A stretch of 64,000 bases of DNA, taken from contig CAWJGT010000019.1 of assembly GCA_963842525.1 (NCBI GenBank), positions 384,001 to 448,000 on the forward strand, in the 5' to 3' direction. The notes below the pieces were generated by a model that searched no databases, was not told the DNA's origin, and saw nothing but the letters and a program-made list of their open reading frames with translations. Numbering within the stretch: position 1 is the first letter of the stretch; each line of letters opens with the position of its first letter. The position numbers and the translations under genes are program-made. Origin of the DNA: an uncultured Holophagales bacterium (lineage in GTDB: Bacteria > Acidobacteriota > Thermoanaerobaculia > Multivoradales > UBA5704). This document shows, piece after piece, positions 28,631 through 38,420 of the stretch.

Positions 28631-31600
28631 CGGCTTTCCGGTCGCTGCTCTTCTTCTGGCGCGAGAGCCTCGCCGTGCTCCTCGGCACGGCCGTGGCTTC
28701 TACGGTCCTGACGGGTGCGCTCCTCGCCGGCGATTCCGTCCGCGGCAGCCTGCGCGATCTGACCCTGGAGCGGCTGGGGCGGATCGACCTCGCGCTGGTC
28801 TCCGAAGGCTTTTTTCGCGAGAAGCTGGCTGAGGATCTGGGTGGAGCGGCGCCGGCCCTGGCGGCTCGCGGCTCCGCCGTCCATGGCGGCTCGCAGGCCC
28901 GCGCCTCGCGGGTGGAAATCTGGGGCGTGGACGACCGTTTCGCGAAGCTGTACGGCGCTCGCGGCGGCGAGCTCGGCTTCACGACAGGTCAGATTTTCCC
29001 GCCGCTGGTCGTCAACGAGACGCTCGCCCGCGAGCTGGGCGCACGGACGGGGGACGAGGTCCTCCTCTCCTTCGGGACGGCCAGCGAGATTCCGCGCGAG
29101 ACCCTGCTCGGGGAGAAAGACCCGGGCGAGCTGTTGACCACCCGCCGTTTCACCGTGGCGCGGGTGATTCCCGACCGCGGTATCGGCCGTTTCGGCCTCG
29201 CGGCCCACCAGCAGAGGCCGCGCAACGCCTTCGTGCCGCTCGCCGAGCTGCAACGGGCGTTGGAGCAGGAAGGGCGGGCCAACGCCCTCTTTGCTGCCGA
29301 CGGAGCGAAGTTGCCGCGCCGGATCGTCCAGCTCGAAGACCTGGGGCTCACCCTGCGCCGCGGTCCCGGCGTCGTGGTGTTGGAGAGCCGCGAATTCTTT
29401 CTGAAGCCGGCCGCGATCGAGGCCGCGGGTGCGCTGGCCAAGGAGATGGGTGTCCCGGCGCAGCGGGTGCTCACCTACCTCGCGACTCGCCTGGAAGCGC
29501 GAGGACGGCTCGTTCCGTACTCCCTCGTCGCGGCAGTCGATGCATCGGGGGCCCGACCAGGAGAGATCCTGCTCGATCGTTGGGCTGCCGACGACCTCGG
29601 TGTTGTTCCCGGCGAACCCATCGCGCTGACCTGGCTGGCGCCGGGCCCGGGCGGCACACTGCTGGACAAGAAGGCCACTCTGCGCCTGGGCGGGATCGTC
29701 GAGATGTCCGGCCTTGCCGTGGACCGCACCCTGACGCCCCGGCTCGCTGGCGTTGACGAGGCCGAGGACATGGCCGGCTGGGACCCGCCGTTCCCGGTGG
29801 ACCTCTCCCTAATCCGCCCCCGGGACGAGGCCTTCTGGGACGAGCACGGTCCGACCCCCAAGGCCTTTGTCGCCGAGGAGACCGGCCGTCGCCTGTGGAG
29901 CAGCCGTTTCGGCGATACCACCTCCTTGCGGTTCGCCATCCCACCTGGCGCCGATCCGGCCCGTTTGGAAGAAAGAATTCTTCGCGAGCTGCCGCAGCGG
30001 ATCGACCTCGCCGCGTTCGGCCTCCAGCTCCGGCCGGTCAAGCAGCAGGGGCTGGAAGCGGCGGAGGGGGCGACCGACTTTGCCGGCCTCTTCCTGGCCT
30101 TCAGCGTCTTCCTGATCGCCTCCGCCGCGATGCTCGCAGGGCTCCTGTTCAGCCTCGGCGTCGAACGCCGCGCAGGCGAGCTCGGCCTGCTGCTCGCCGT
30201 GGGCCATCCCGTCCGGGCCGTGCGCCGCCGGCTTCTCCTAGAAGGAGCCGTGCTGGCGGCTGTCGGCGCGCTGCTGGGGCTGGCCGGCGCCGTGGGCTAT
30301 GCCGCCCTGCTCATGGCCGGCTTGCGTACCCTGTGGCTGTCCGCGGTGGGGACGCCCGACCTCTTCCTCCACGTGGAGCCATCGAGCCTGATCGTGGGTT
30401 GGCTCTCCTCGGTGCTCGTGGTCCTCCTGGCGATCTGGCTCACCGTGCGCCGCCTGGCGAAGATCCCCTCTACCGCGCTCCTCGCCGGCTCGACAAGCCT
30501 TCCCGTCGCACGGAAGGTCCGGAGGCGCTGGCCGGTCTGGGTGCTGACGGGGACCGGTGTGCTGCTCGTCGCCTGGGGACTTCTGTCGCGGGAGGCCTCG
30601 CCAGGACTGTCGTTCGCTCTGGGTGCGTGGGCTCTGGTGGCGGGGTTGGTCGCATTCTCAGGGTGGTATCGGCGGGGGACCCTCACCCCCCTGGCCCCCC
30701 TCTCCCATCCGCACTCCCTTCCCCCGGGAGAGGGGGGAAAGAAAAGGTTTTCACTCCCCTCTCCCGGGGGTTTGGGAGTGCGGATGGGAGAGGGGCCGGG
30801 GGTGAGGGGTCTCCTCGGCATGGCTGCCCGCAACGGCGCCGCCAACCCCGGTCGAAGCCTCCTCTCCGTCGCCCTCGTCGCCTGCGCCTGCTTCGTCCTG
30901 GTCGTCGTGGCCGCGAACCGCCGAGGCGGCGCTGTTCACGGGGAGGAAGGCGGCGGCGGCTTTCCGCTGCTCGCCGAGTCGGACATCCCCCTGCTGCATG
31001 ACCTCGACCGCCCCGAGGGACGGATGGAGCTGGGTCTGATGGAGGACGAGCTGCAAGGCGCCTCCATCGTCTCCTTCCGCGCCGTCCCTGGCGAGGACGC
31101 GAGCTGCCTCAACCTGTACCGGCCGTCCCGTCCCCGCCTGCTCGGCGTTCCGTCGGGCTTCGCGGAGCGCAGCCGCTTCTCGTTCCAAGAGGGCTCCTGG
31201 GGCCTGCTGGAGAAGGACCTCGGACCGAATGTGATTCCGGCGGTGGCCGACGCGGGCTCGGCGCAGTGGATCCTCCATCTCGGGTTGGGCGACGACCTGG
31301 TCCTGGAGAGCGAAACGGGCGCGCCGGTCCGCCTCCGGCTGGTCGGTCTGCTCGGCAAGAGCATCTTCCAGAGCGAGCTGCTGATCTCGGAGGCGAATCT
31401 GCTGCGGCACTTCCCGAGCCGCGCCGGAAGCTCCTTCTTCCTGATCGGCGCTCCCGCCTCCCGCGAGACGCAGATCGCCCGGGTGCTGGAAGAGGGACTG
31501 CAGGACTACGGCTTTGACGTCACGACCACTGCCGAGCGCATGGCGTCCTTCCAGGCGGTCGAGGAGACCTACCTGGCGACGTTCCAGACCCTGGGCGGCC

Positions 31601-31950
31601 TCGGTCTGCTGTTGGGCACCCTGGGCCTCGGCGTGGCGCTGTTGCGCGGCGTGACCGAGCGCCGGGGAGAGCTGGCGACCCTACGCGCCTTCGGCTTCCG
31701 CCGCCGCCGGCTCGCCGGCCTGGTGACGGCCGAGAACGCCTTCCTGCTGTTCGCCGGGGTCGCCCTCGGCACCGTGGCCGGAGGCCTCGCGGTTGCGCCG
31801 CACCTGCTGTCCAGCGCGGACCGGATTTCCTGGCCCTCCCTGCTGCTCACCCTCCTGGCGATCCTCGCCGCGGGGCTGCTCTCCTGCGTCGCCGCCGTGC
31901 GCAGCGCCCTGCGCGCGCCGCTGCTGCCGGCGCTCAAAGCGGAAAGATGA
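28627..31950 (+). CDS. ABC exporter permease (duplicated FtsX/MacB-type)
   Basis: Two periplasmic+TM halves; ERRAGELGLL and ERRGELATLRAFGF motifs. Confidence 0.85.
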   Translation: MTAFRSLLFFWRESLAVLLGTAVASTVLTGALLAGDSVRGSLRDLTLERLGRIDLALVSEGFFREKLAEDLGGAAPALAARGSAVHGGSQARASRVEIWGVDDRFAKLYGARGGELGFTTGQIFPPLVVNETLARELGARTGDEVLLSFGTASEIPRETLLGEKDPGELLTTRRFTVARVIPDRGIGRFGLAAHQQRPRNAFVPLAELQRALEQEGRANALFAADGAKLPRRIVQLEDLGLTLRRGPGVVVLESREFFLKPAAIEAAGALAKEMGVPAQRVLTYLATRLEARGRLVPYSLVAAVDASGARPGEILLDRWAADDLGVVPGEPIALTWLAPGPGGTLLDKKATLRLGGIVEMSGLAVDRTLTPRLAGVDEAEDMAGWDPPFPVDLSLIRPRDEAFWDEHGPTPKAFVAEETGRRLWSSRFGDTTSLRFAIPPGADPARLEERILRELPQRIDLAAFGLQLRPVKQQGLEAAEGATDFAGLFLAFSVFLIASAAMLAGLLFSLGVERRAGELGLLLAVGHPVRAVRRRLLLEGAVLAAVGALLGLAGAVGYAALLMAGLRTLWLSAVGTPDLFLHVEPSSLIVGWLSSVLVVLLAIWLTVRRLAKIPSTALLAGSTSLPVARKVRRRWPVWVLTGTGVLLVAWGLLSREASPGLSFALGAWALVAGLVAFSGWYRRGTLTPLAPLSHPHSLPPGEGGKKRFSLPSPGGLGVRMGEGPGVRGLLGMAARNGAANPGRSLLSVALVACACFVLVVVAANRRGGAVHGEEGGGGFPLLAESDIPLLHDLDRPEGRMELGLMEDELQGASIVSFRAVPGEDASCLNLYRPSRPRLLGVPSGFAERSRFSFQEGSWGLLEKDLGPNVIPAVADAGSAQWILHLGLGDDLVLESETGAPVRLRLVGLLGKSIFQSELLISEANLLRHFPSRAGSSFFLIGAPASRETQIARVLEEGLQDYGFDVTTTAERMASFQAVEETYLATFQTLGGLGLLLGTLGLGVALLRGVTERRGELATLRAFGFRRRRLAGLVTAENAFLLFAGVALGTVAGGLAVAPHLLSSADRISWPSLLLTLLAILAAGLLSCVAAVRSALRAPLLPALKAER
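30680..30808. repeat. CCCTCACCCC palindromic element inserted in frame in the permease
   Basis: ~129 bp, same inverted ends as 15810-15940; translated as TLTPLAPLSHPHSLPPGEGG...RMGEGPGVR. Confidence 0.85.
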
Positions 31951-31959
31951 GGTGATTTC

Positions 31960-32469
31960 ATGAGCTGGCTCGGTTTCGCCCTGATGACCGTCGTCTCCTG
32001 GGGGCTCTACGGCGTCTTCCTGCACACCGGCCAGACGGCCATGGCCGATCCGGTGAGCGGGCGTTATAAGGCCTTTCTTTTCGTCGGCCTCGCCTACTTC
32101 CTGACCGCCGTGCTGGCGCCCCTGTTCGTCCTCAAGGTCCAGGGCGCCTCGTGGGCGTTTCCCGGGCGAGGCATGGCCTGGTCGCTCCTGGCCGGCACCG
32201 TCGGCGCCATCGGGGCCTTCTGCGTCCTCCTCGCCTTCGGCGCCAAGGGAAGCCCGAGCGTCGTCATGTCCATCGTTTTCGCCGGTGCCCCCATCGTGAA
32301 CGCCCTTGCCGCCTGGGTTTTCCATCCGACGAAGCTGCGCTGGCAGTTCCTGGTGGGGCTCCTCCTCGCCGCCCTCGGCGCCTTCCTGGTCACGCTCTAC
32401 CGGCCGGCTCCCACCCCGCCGCCCCCGACCCAAGCCATGAGGAACAGAGGAACAGAGGGACTCTCTTGA
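31960..32469 (+). CDS. Small multi-TM membrane protein (EamA/DMT-like), copy 1
   Basis: About five hydrophobic helices; near-identical to 40813-41310. Confidence 0.75.
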   Translation: MSWLGFALMTVVSWGLYGVFLHTGQTAMADPVSGRYKAFLFVGLAYFLTAVLAPLFVLKVQGASWAFPGRGMAWSLLAGTVGAIGAFCVLLAFGAKGSPSVVMSIVFAGAPIVNALAAWVFHPTKLRWQFLVGLLLAALGAFLVTLYRPAPTPPPPTQAMRNRGTEGLS

Positions 32470-32519
32470 CTGTTTTCCTGCTGCAAACCTTGACCAGTAC
32501 TTGAGCGGGGAGAAGAGCC

Positions 32520-32620
32520 TTGGCGGCGACGAGAGTCTTCGTTGACACGCTCTTCGTCGTTGCTCTGATCAACCAGCGCGATCAGTACCATCAGCAGGCC
32601 TTGAGGCTAGCCGCCAGACG
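32520..32620 (+). pseudogene. VapC/PIN toxin N-terminal fragment
   Basis: RVFVDTLFVVALINQRDQYHQQALRL, then similarity is lost. Confidence 0.55.
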
Positions 32621-32659
32621 TTTTCAGCGCCTGTATGCCCACTTGGAGGGTTCCAAGGG

Positions 32660-32873
32660 CAGACCTCTCCCGATCCCGCGCGCGGGAAGTCAGCGGCGGG
32701 CCGAAAATTGCGAAAGCTGTCAGCGGCCCGAATGCCCGAAGGCCTACCCGCTCACCCAGGGCAGGGCCGGCGGGAAGCTGCCCGCGGGGAAGACGACGTC
32801 TCGCACCCCGATCTACACCCATGTTCTGAATCGTGGGGGAAGGGGAGTCCTGAGCCCGATCGACGACCTGTAG
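32660..32873 (+). pseudogene. intI: Integron integrase C-terminal remnant
   Basis: IYTHVLNRGGRGVLSPIDDL* is the characteristic IntI C-terminus; PRAGSQRR and KIAKAVS resemble upstream IntI patches; catalytic HxxR/LGH segments are gone. Confidence 0.72.
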
Positions 32874-33352
32874 AGGCTTACACGAGCAGGCGCACGTGCT
32901 AAGGACTTCACACCTGTTCTCCCAAGTCGTTGATCTGGTTAGGCTTGGGCGTCCTTCCTAGGACGCCTTCATATCCGATTCCGGCCCGTAGATCCTTCCG
33001 CTGCACCCGCCAGGGTCGGCCTTCGCCGGCGAATAAGTCTTCCGCGTGTGACTCAAATAGCAATACTGCGTAGTGTCAGCTCCGCCGGAGGAGCGTCCTT
33101 CGCTCGTCCAGGAGGACGTCTTTGCGACTTGCGTGGTACCTGCCCGGCGAGAAGGCATATCAAGCGGCCTCGCGGCCTTGACGTGGATACGCAAGCGACG
33201 TAAGATGCAGTACACTTGAGACTTGGCACTCTCTCGCCCGCGCGAGGCAGTGGAGCTGGCGGGGCTGATTCGAGGATATGTCGGCGCAACAGGGTACCGG
33301 TGAATCTGTAAGATAGAGGATACACGGCAGAGAATGGGTGCGAAGAGCGAGC

Positions 33353-34201
33353 ATGCGAGGAAATAAGCGCCAACCCCTCGGGAGGGCCGTCACAATCTGT
33401 TTGGCTGGTGCCGGACTCTTCTTCGTTTTGAGATTCTATTTCGTTTCTCTAGGCTGGCACGTTGTGAGTGAGGTTACCTTACATGTGGCGGTCGCTTTTC
33501 TTGTCGCGCTGATAGTCATAGTTGCCCTTGAATACAACGCTCACCAGCAAACCCATAGAGAAGTTATGGATTTTGTAGCTCTTGTCGCCGAACAGGGATT
33601 CCAGGCGTTATTTCGAGGCCTTCCTGACTCTCTTTTCGCAGAGCTATCTGCACTTATGAGGTCCGAAGTAGTTCGAGTGGACTGCCGTTATGTGATCACC
33701 TTCAAGGAAGGAGATCCCAAGTTGGGTCCGAATCACGCCTTGCTACGGCGTGAGACGGCTTTTATAGCTCGGAATATCTCGGATCACGAAAGTGAATATT
33801 CTCTCGACTCGAGCAACTTATCTGAAACAAAAATTAATGGAGAAACGGTGGTTCTCGGCGCCAAGCAATTGGAGTTGCGAGAAAGCGGCCCCGCCATGTT
33901 CTCTCACTCTGTCTTGCTCCCTCCTAATGGCTCAGCTAGCATCTATCTATCGGGAGAGGAAAATGTCTCTCTAGGGGCAGGAAGATTTAGTTTCGTGCTG
34001 GGTACTCCCACGGTCGGCATCACGATATTTATTCGAAACGAGTGCCCAAAGCTACTGACCGATTTAAGAGTTTTGATGATTCATGGAAGTAGGATGGAGC
34101 TGCGGCAGGATAAGCAGGGCATGTACCGCTTCGACCGTGCTATCCTTCCAGGAAACGGGTTTGAGGTGTTTTGGAACCAGGAAATCGAGGTTGCCGTGTA
34201 A
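33353..34201 (+). CDS. Integron cassette ORF 1: 2-TM protein with a beta-rich C-terminal domain
   Basis: Lower GC; TAA stop lies within the attC R'' box (GTGTAAC). Confidence 0.7.
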   Translation: MRGNKRQPLGRAVTICLAGAGLFFVLRFYFVSLGWHVVSEVTLHVAVAFLVALIVIVALEYNAHQQTHREVMDFVALVAEQGFQALFRGLPDSLFAELSALMRSEVVRVDCRYVITFKEGDPKLGPNHALLRRETAFIARNISDHESEYSLDSSNLSETKINGETVVLGAKQLELRESGPAMFSHSVLLPPNGSASIYLSGEENVSLGAGRFSFVLGTPTVGITIFIRNECPKLLTDLRVLMIHGSRMELRQDKQGMYRFDRAILPGNGFEVFWNQEIEVAV

Positions 34202-34269
34202 CACCGGCAGTCGAGCGGACGGAACCGCAAACAGCGCGGTCCCGCCGCTCACCGCCAGCGCGGTTGGGC
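34196..34269 (+). mobile_element. attC site 1
   Basis: R'' GTGTAAC, palindrome GAGCGGACGGAACCGC...GCGGTCCCGCCGCTC, R' GTTGGGC. Confidence 0.8.
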
Positions 34270-34284
34270 GGCCAGGAAACAACC

Positions 34285-35217
34285 ATGAGCACTGATGCAC
34301 CCAAAGATCGTGTCAGGTCGGCGAACCTCGCAATGATCGAGCGATGGTTGCCTCATTCTCTGTCCATCATAGCGATCACACTCTCGGTGTGGGCCCTCGT
34401 CCAAAATCGGTCAGACCTGGGGCAGAGTCGAGCGGAACGGGTTACTGAACTTCTCGACGAGGGGTTTGATCTCCTCTCCTCAGATCCGCACCTCCAACAG
34501 GGTGCTCATAACCGGGTAACGGATCCAAAGATTCTAACTTCCGTCTCAAGAAAGATCGACCGCGCTCTTCTTCTTGAGCCTGGGTCCGAGCGGGCCTATC
34601 AATTGAAGGCATTCTATCACGCCACTCGCGCACAGTATGCTTTAGCTGAGCAATCCGCTAGAAAGGCTATTGATATTGCGCCGCGTTCGGCTTTTGCGTA
34701 TTACACTCTTGGTAACGTGTACCACGCAGCCCTTGACCTTCCTAAAGCGGAGTCTGCGTATAGATTCGCGCTCGCGATGGATCCTCAAAGTTCGGAAGCC
34801 CTCGAAGCCTTCGGAACCCTTTTTCTGTTTCACGGACATCCCGCTAAGGCCATACCCCTTCTCCAGCGTGCGGCGGCGCTGCCACATGCAGACTCAGAAA
34901 CTTTTCTTTACCTCGCTTTTGCGCTTGGCCGAGCCGGCCGCCTTGACGAGGCGAACGCTGCTGCCTCCCAAGCTGTTGAGCACAACCCCGGCGACCCCTT
35001 GGCCCTTGAAACCCTCGCATACACTCTTGCAGGCATCCATCGTCCTGAAGACGCAATTCGGGTCTTCAATAAAGTCGCGCAGGTCAATTCGGCAAGAGCC
35101 AAGAGCGCCACCGAAGCTGCTCACTTGCTCGCTACGCGCTCAGACCTGCAGGTTAAATTTGTGGCGCACCCTGAAGACTCTCTCGATCTGCTGCTTGGAC
35201 CGGAGTCGGAGAATTGA
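34285..35217 (+). CDS. Integron cassette ORF 2: membrane-anchored TPR protein
   Basis: N-terminal TM; TPR repeats (AYYTLGNVY...AESAYRFALAMDP); bounded by attC sites. Confidence 0.8.
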   Translation: MSTDAPKDRVRSANLAMIERWLPHSLSIIAITLSVWALVQNRSDLGQSRAERVTELLDEGFDLLSSDPHLQQGAHNRVTDPKILTSVSRKIDRALLLEPGSERAYQLKAFYHATRAQYALAEQSARKAIDIAPRSAFAYYTLGNVYHAALDLPKAESAYRFALAMDPQSSEALEAFGTLFLFHGHPAKAIPLLQRAAALPHADSETFLYLAFALGRAGRLDEANAAASQAVEHNPGDPLALETLAYTLAGIHRPEDAIRVFNKVAQVNSARAKSATEAAHLLATRSDLQVKFVAHPEDSLDLLLGPESEN

Positions 35218-35234
35218 GACCTTGGTTACTGGCC

Positions 35235-35309
35235 ACCCAACCCAAGCGGTCGAGCGGACGGAAACCGCAAACAGCGCGGTTCCCGCCGCTCATCGGCACA
35301 GCGTCAAGC
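35235..35309 (+). mobile_element. attC site 2 (R' degenerate)
   Basis: R'' ACCCAAC, same internal palindrome as attC1, R' GTCAAGC; flank CTGGCCACCCAAC is complementary to cassette start GTTGGGCGGCCAG. Confidence 0.75.
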
Positions 35310-35343
35310 CTCCATTTCACTTTCGTTGCGGAGAGATGAGCTT

Positions 35344-36183
35344 ATGGTGATAGTCGAAGGCCCGCAAGATTCTTCAAGGGAAGGTCGTCGGCTGAGGTTT
35401 CTCTCGGTTGCCATACTTCTAAGCTGTTCTGCGGTACTGTCTAGCTGTGGCCAAGTAGCATTCAGTGACAAGCACACAGCCGAAGAGAGCGGCTACCTCT
35501 CGCAATTTAAGGCTGCTTTTACGGCTGCATGCCGGGTCGGGACCACTCAGATAGTACAAACTGGCGTTACTCCAGTGCAGGTTTCGTGCGGCGCAGCCCC
35601 GGGTACCGGAGGTTATACTTGCACTCAATACATGCCGACCTATTCTACCGTCAAGATTGATTGGCTTTCCGATTCAGGCATCAATGCCATTGACATTTCT
35701 CCCCAGCTAGACAAGACTTTGCCGCCATCAGGTCTTGTCCAAGCACAAGAGTTCCTTGCTAGCACACTACTTTCTGAGTTACAACGGGACACCAGTATTG
35801 GGAATCAATCTTCAAGAGCCTGTCAGGCCTTTACCGAGTTCGAACAATCTGTTCAAGCACGAACCGAGTCGTACAAGACCACCGAATCGCTCTTTATAAC
35901 GTATAAACCGCCGGTCCCAGTGCTTCCCGGAATTGAGTATGACACGAGGAGCGGCTTTGGCTTAGCAGTCGATAAATCCATTACCGTTCCAACAAAGTAC
36001 GGCAACGTCACGGCTGGATATAAGTCGGCCCCCGGCATTCACATGCTGCGAGTTGTGAGCGAAGGAAAGCAACGTTACCTAACTCTCGATCGACCATTCG
36101 AGTTCTATATTCCCAAAGGATACTCTACCAGTGTGGCATATGAAGGTAAGGATGAGCTCATACTGCTGGTCAGCAAGAGTTAG
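35344..36183 (+). CDS. Integron cassette ORF 3: putative lipoprotein
   Basis: Lower GC; RRLRFLSVAILLSCSAVLSSC lipobox-like segment; follows attC2. Confidence 0.6.
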   Translation: MVIVEGPQDSSREGRRLRFLSVAILLSCSAVLSSCGQVAFSDKHTAEESGYLSQFKAAFTAACRVGTTQIVQTGVTPVQVSCGAAPGTGGYTCTQYMPTYSTVKIDWLSDSGINAIDISPQLDKTLPPSGLVQAQEFLASTLLSELQRDTSIGNQSSRACQAFTEFEQSVQARTESYKTTESLFITYKPPVPVLPGIEYDTRSGFGLAVDKSITVPTKYGNVTAGYKSAPGIHMLRVVSEGKQRYLTLDRPFEFYIPKGYSTSVAYEGKDELILLVSKS

Positions 36184-37116
36184 GCGTTTCGAACCTTCGG
36201 CCCCTATAAACACAGAGCCGAAACCATGTCGAGGTCCCGGAGGTGCCATGGTCGAGCAGGTAGCGCAAAGACCAGTCTCGTGGTCGGGCTCGCCAAACTG
36301 CCCGGTCTGCGGACCGGCCGAGCGGTCAGGAAACCTCGTGGAGCCAAGCGGGTGCCTGGTGCCCAGGGGGGCTGAATCGTGGACTCGGAGGTCCGTTGTA
36401 TAATCAAAAAAGGCAGTGCGGTGTAACCATAGCTATATACGCGAGTAGGAAACCTTGTGTTCCGCCAACCTACCCCTGCACCGGACGGCTGGGCTCGCGC
36501 CCATCCGCCGGTGAGGGGACACAGCGTTGGCGTACTGAAGACCTGGAGAGCAACCGGCGTACACATTTAACACGCCCAGGGTAGGGATTGGAACGCAATT
36601 CGCTACTCTGCTTCGGAGCGATCGGAGATGTACCAACCACACCACTCGCCCGAGACACTTTCTTCCGCGGTCGGAAGGCGGATCGTGTTCATATCGTCCG
36701 CCCCGGGCGAAGATCAGGCGGCGAAGGGGTGGAGGCAGCCCAAAACTGCATTCGGCAATGGCGTCCGGAGCTGCTAGCCTAGCACGAGCGATGATGCCGA
36801 AGCGGAGTAAGGCTACGCCCGAAGGGCGCGGTGAAGGGGCGTAGTTCGGCGCCCTCCCTACTGCTCACCCTCCTGAGAATAGGTGCCTGGGGATTCTTGA
36901 GGACCTTGAGTATGGGAGGCCCGCGGGGCCTGCGCCAGCCTGTGTTCATCCTCCCGAGGAGCCTGAGCGAGCCTCTTGGACGCACCCAAGGGAGGATCGA
37001 GAGCGATTTTTCCCGCACTCTTTGGGGATCTGACGGCGACTGGCGGTAGGCTCAACTCTGCCCGCCAAGCAGGAGAAGGGAGAAAGCTTCTGAGAGTTGA
37101 TTGGCAGCCGGTCCGG

Positions 37117-38070
37117 CTACCCAGGCACGGGAATGAGACCACGGGGCGGCTGATCGCTGACAAAGGGCAGGTGAGGCGGAAAGCTCCCTGCGGGAAACCG
37201 CGCATTCCGATCGCCATCCTTGAGCTTGTCCGCCGCCTCCCGGAACGCCGCCACGAACCAGCTATAGGCCTCGTAGAGCTCTTTGCGGACTTTGCGGCTA
37301 AAGGCGTGAAAAAGCGGGGCCGGGGACGTCTTGGTCTTCACCGGCTGATCGGTCGGTTTCTGGCGCAGGATCGCCTTGACCCCCAGAGGTTGGCAACCGG
37401 TCTGCTCTCTCTCGGCCGCAGCTTGGGCCTCGATCTCGGCGATGAGCTCGGCGATCTTCGCTCGATACTGCTCCGGCGTTAGATGCGCCCAACAGGGTAA
37501 GGGCTCGAAGCGCAGGGTTTCGGTCTCCGCGAAGTCCCGCACTCCAAAGGACTCGCCCCGCTGGCGCGCGCTGTACTCGGCGGTGCGGCTGAACCAGGTC
37601 CCTTTCAACGACTGGCCTTCGAGCAGGGCCGCCGCCGAATGGACTCCCGGCCATTCGAGGACCCGGCCCACCAATCCTTCTTTAACCCCGTGCGCAATTA
37701 TATATTTCAAGCGCGCGACCTGGGCTCCGGCTTCATCGCTGATCACGACGGCCTGATATCGCCGGGCCCAGATTCCGTGCCTCCAGCCGGTGAGACGCTG
37801 GACCTCGAGGGCCAGGCCCGAATTGACATCACGCATGAAGTCGGCAAGCTGTTTGGCATCGGTAACCCACAGCACAAGGTGATAATGATTTGACGCAAAG
37901 GCTGCGACAATCACGGCGACTTCGTAGATTCGCTGGGCGCGGCCGAGGATGCCGATGATGATGTCGTTGAGCTCAGGGCTGGGCCGGAGGAGGAAGCGGC
38001 TCTGGACGGTGCGGCAGGTGACCTCGACGAGGGCGCCTCCTTCGGGGATGAATCGCAGTCTCCGGGCCAT
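37117..38070 (-). mobile_element. Y1/HUH transposase (IS200/RAYT-like)
   Basis: MARRLRF...VEVTCRT, SNHYHLVL HUH motif, WARRYQA, LKYIIAHGVKEGLV..EWPGVHS. Confidence 0.8.
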
Positions 38071-38420
38071 GACGTGGGCGGTGGCAAGACGGCTGCCAAT
38101 TCGGGGCTCTGGGTCAAGTTGTTGATTTTAAGTGAGTTATCGGAAAGAGGGAGCGGGGTGACCCGGATCTCGTGTCCAGTGATCTGGCGGGGGGTAGATG
38201 CGAAATGGCCCGCAAAGGCCCGTCGTTGTTGGATTTTGGGTCGTGTCAAGTTATTAGGCGGGGGTGCAGAATCTTTTGCGGGCGACCCAAATCGCGGTGT
38301 TTCGGGGGGTTGGAGCGGTGGGTGCAGGGCGGGACGGTACTTCGAGGGTGGGATAATCGCGGTCTTCTTCCGCGAGAAGCACGAGCATCCGCTTCCGCCG
38401 AGGATCCTCTGGCACCTCAA

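Noticed and set aside
32520-32873. 117-aa ORF as a functional PIN-integrase fusion
   Set aside because: It is a chimera of short remnants lacking the catalytic residues of both families
36190-37110. Possible ncRNA or further cassette downstream of cassette 3
   Set aside because: No recognisable attC, RNA motif or credible ORF found by eye
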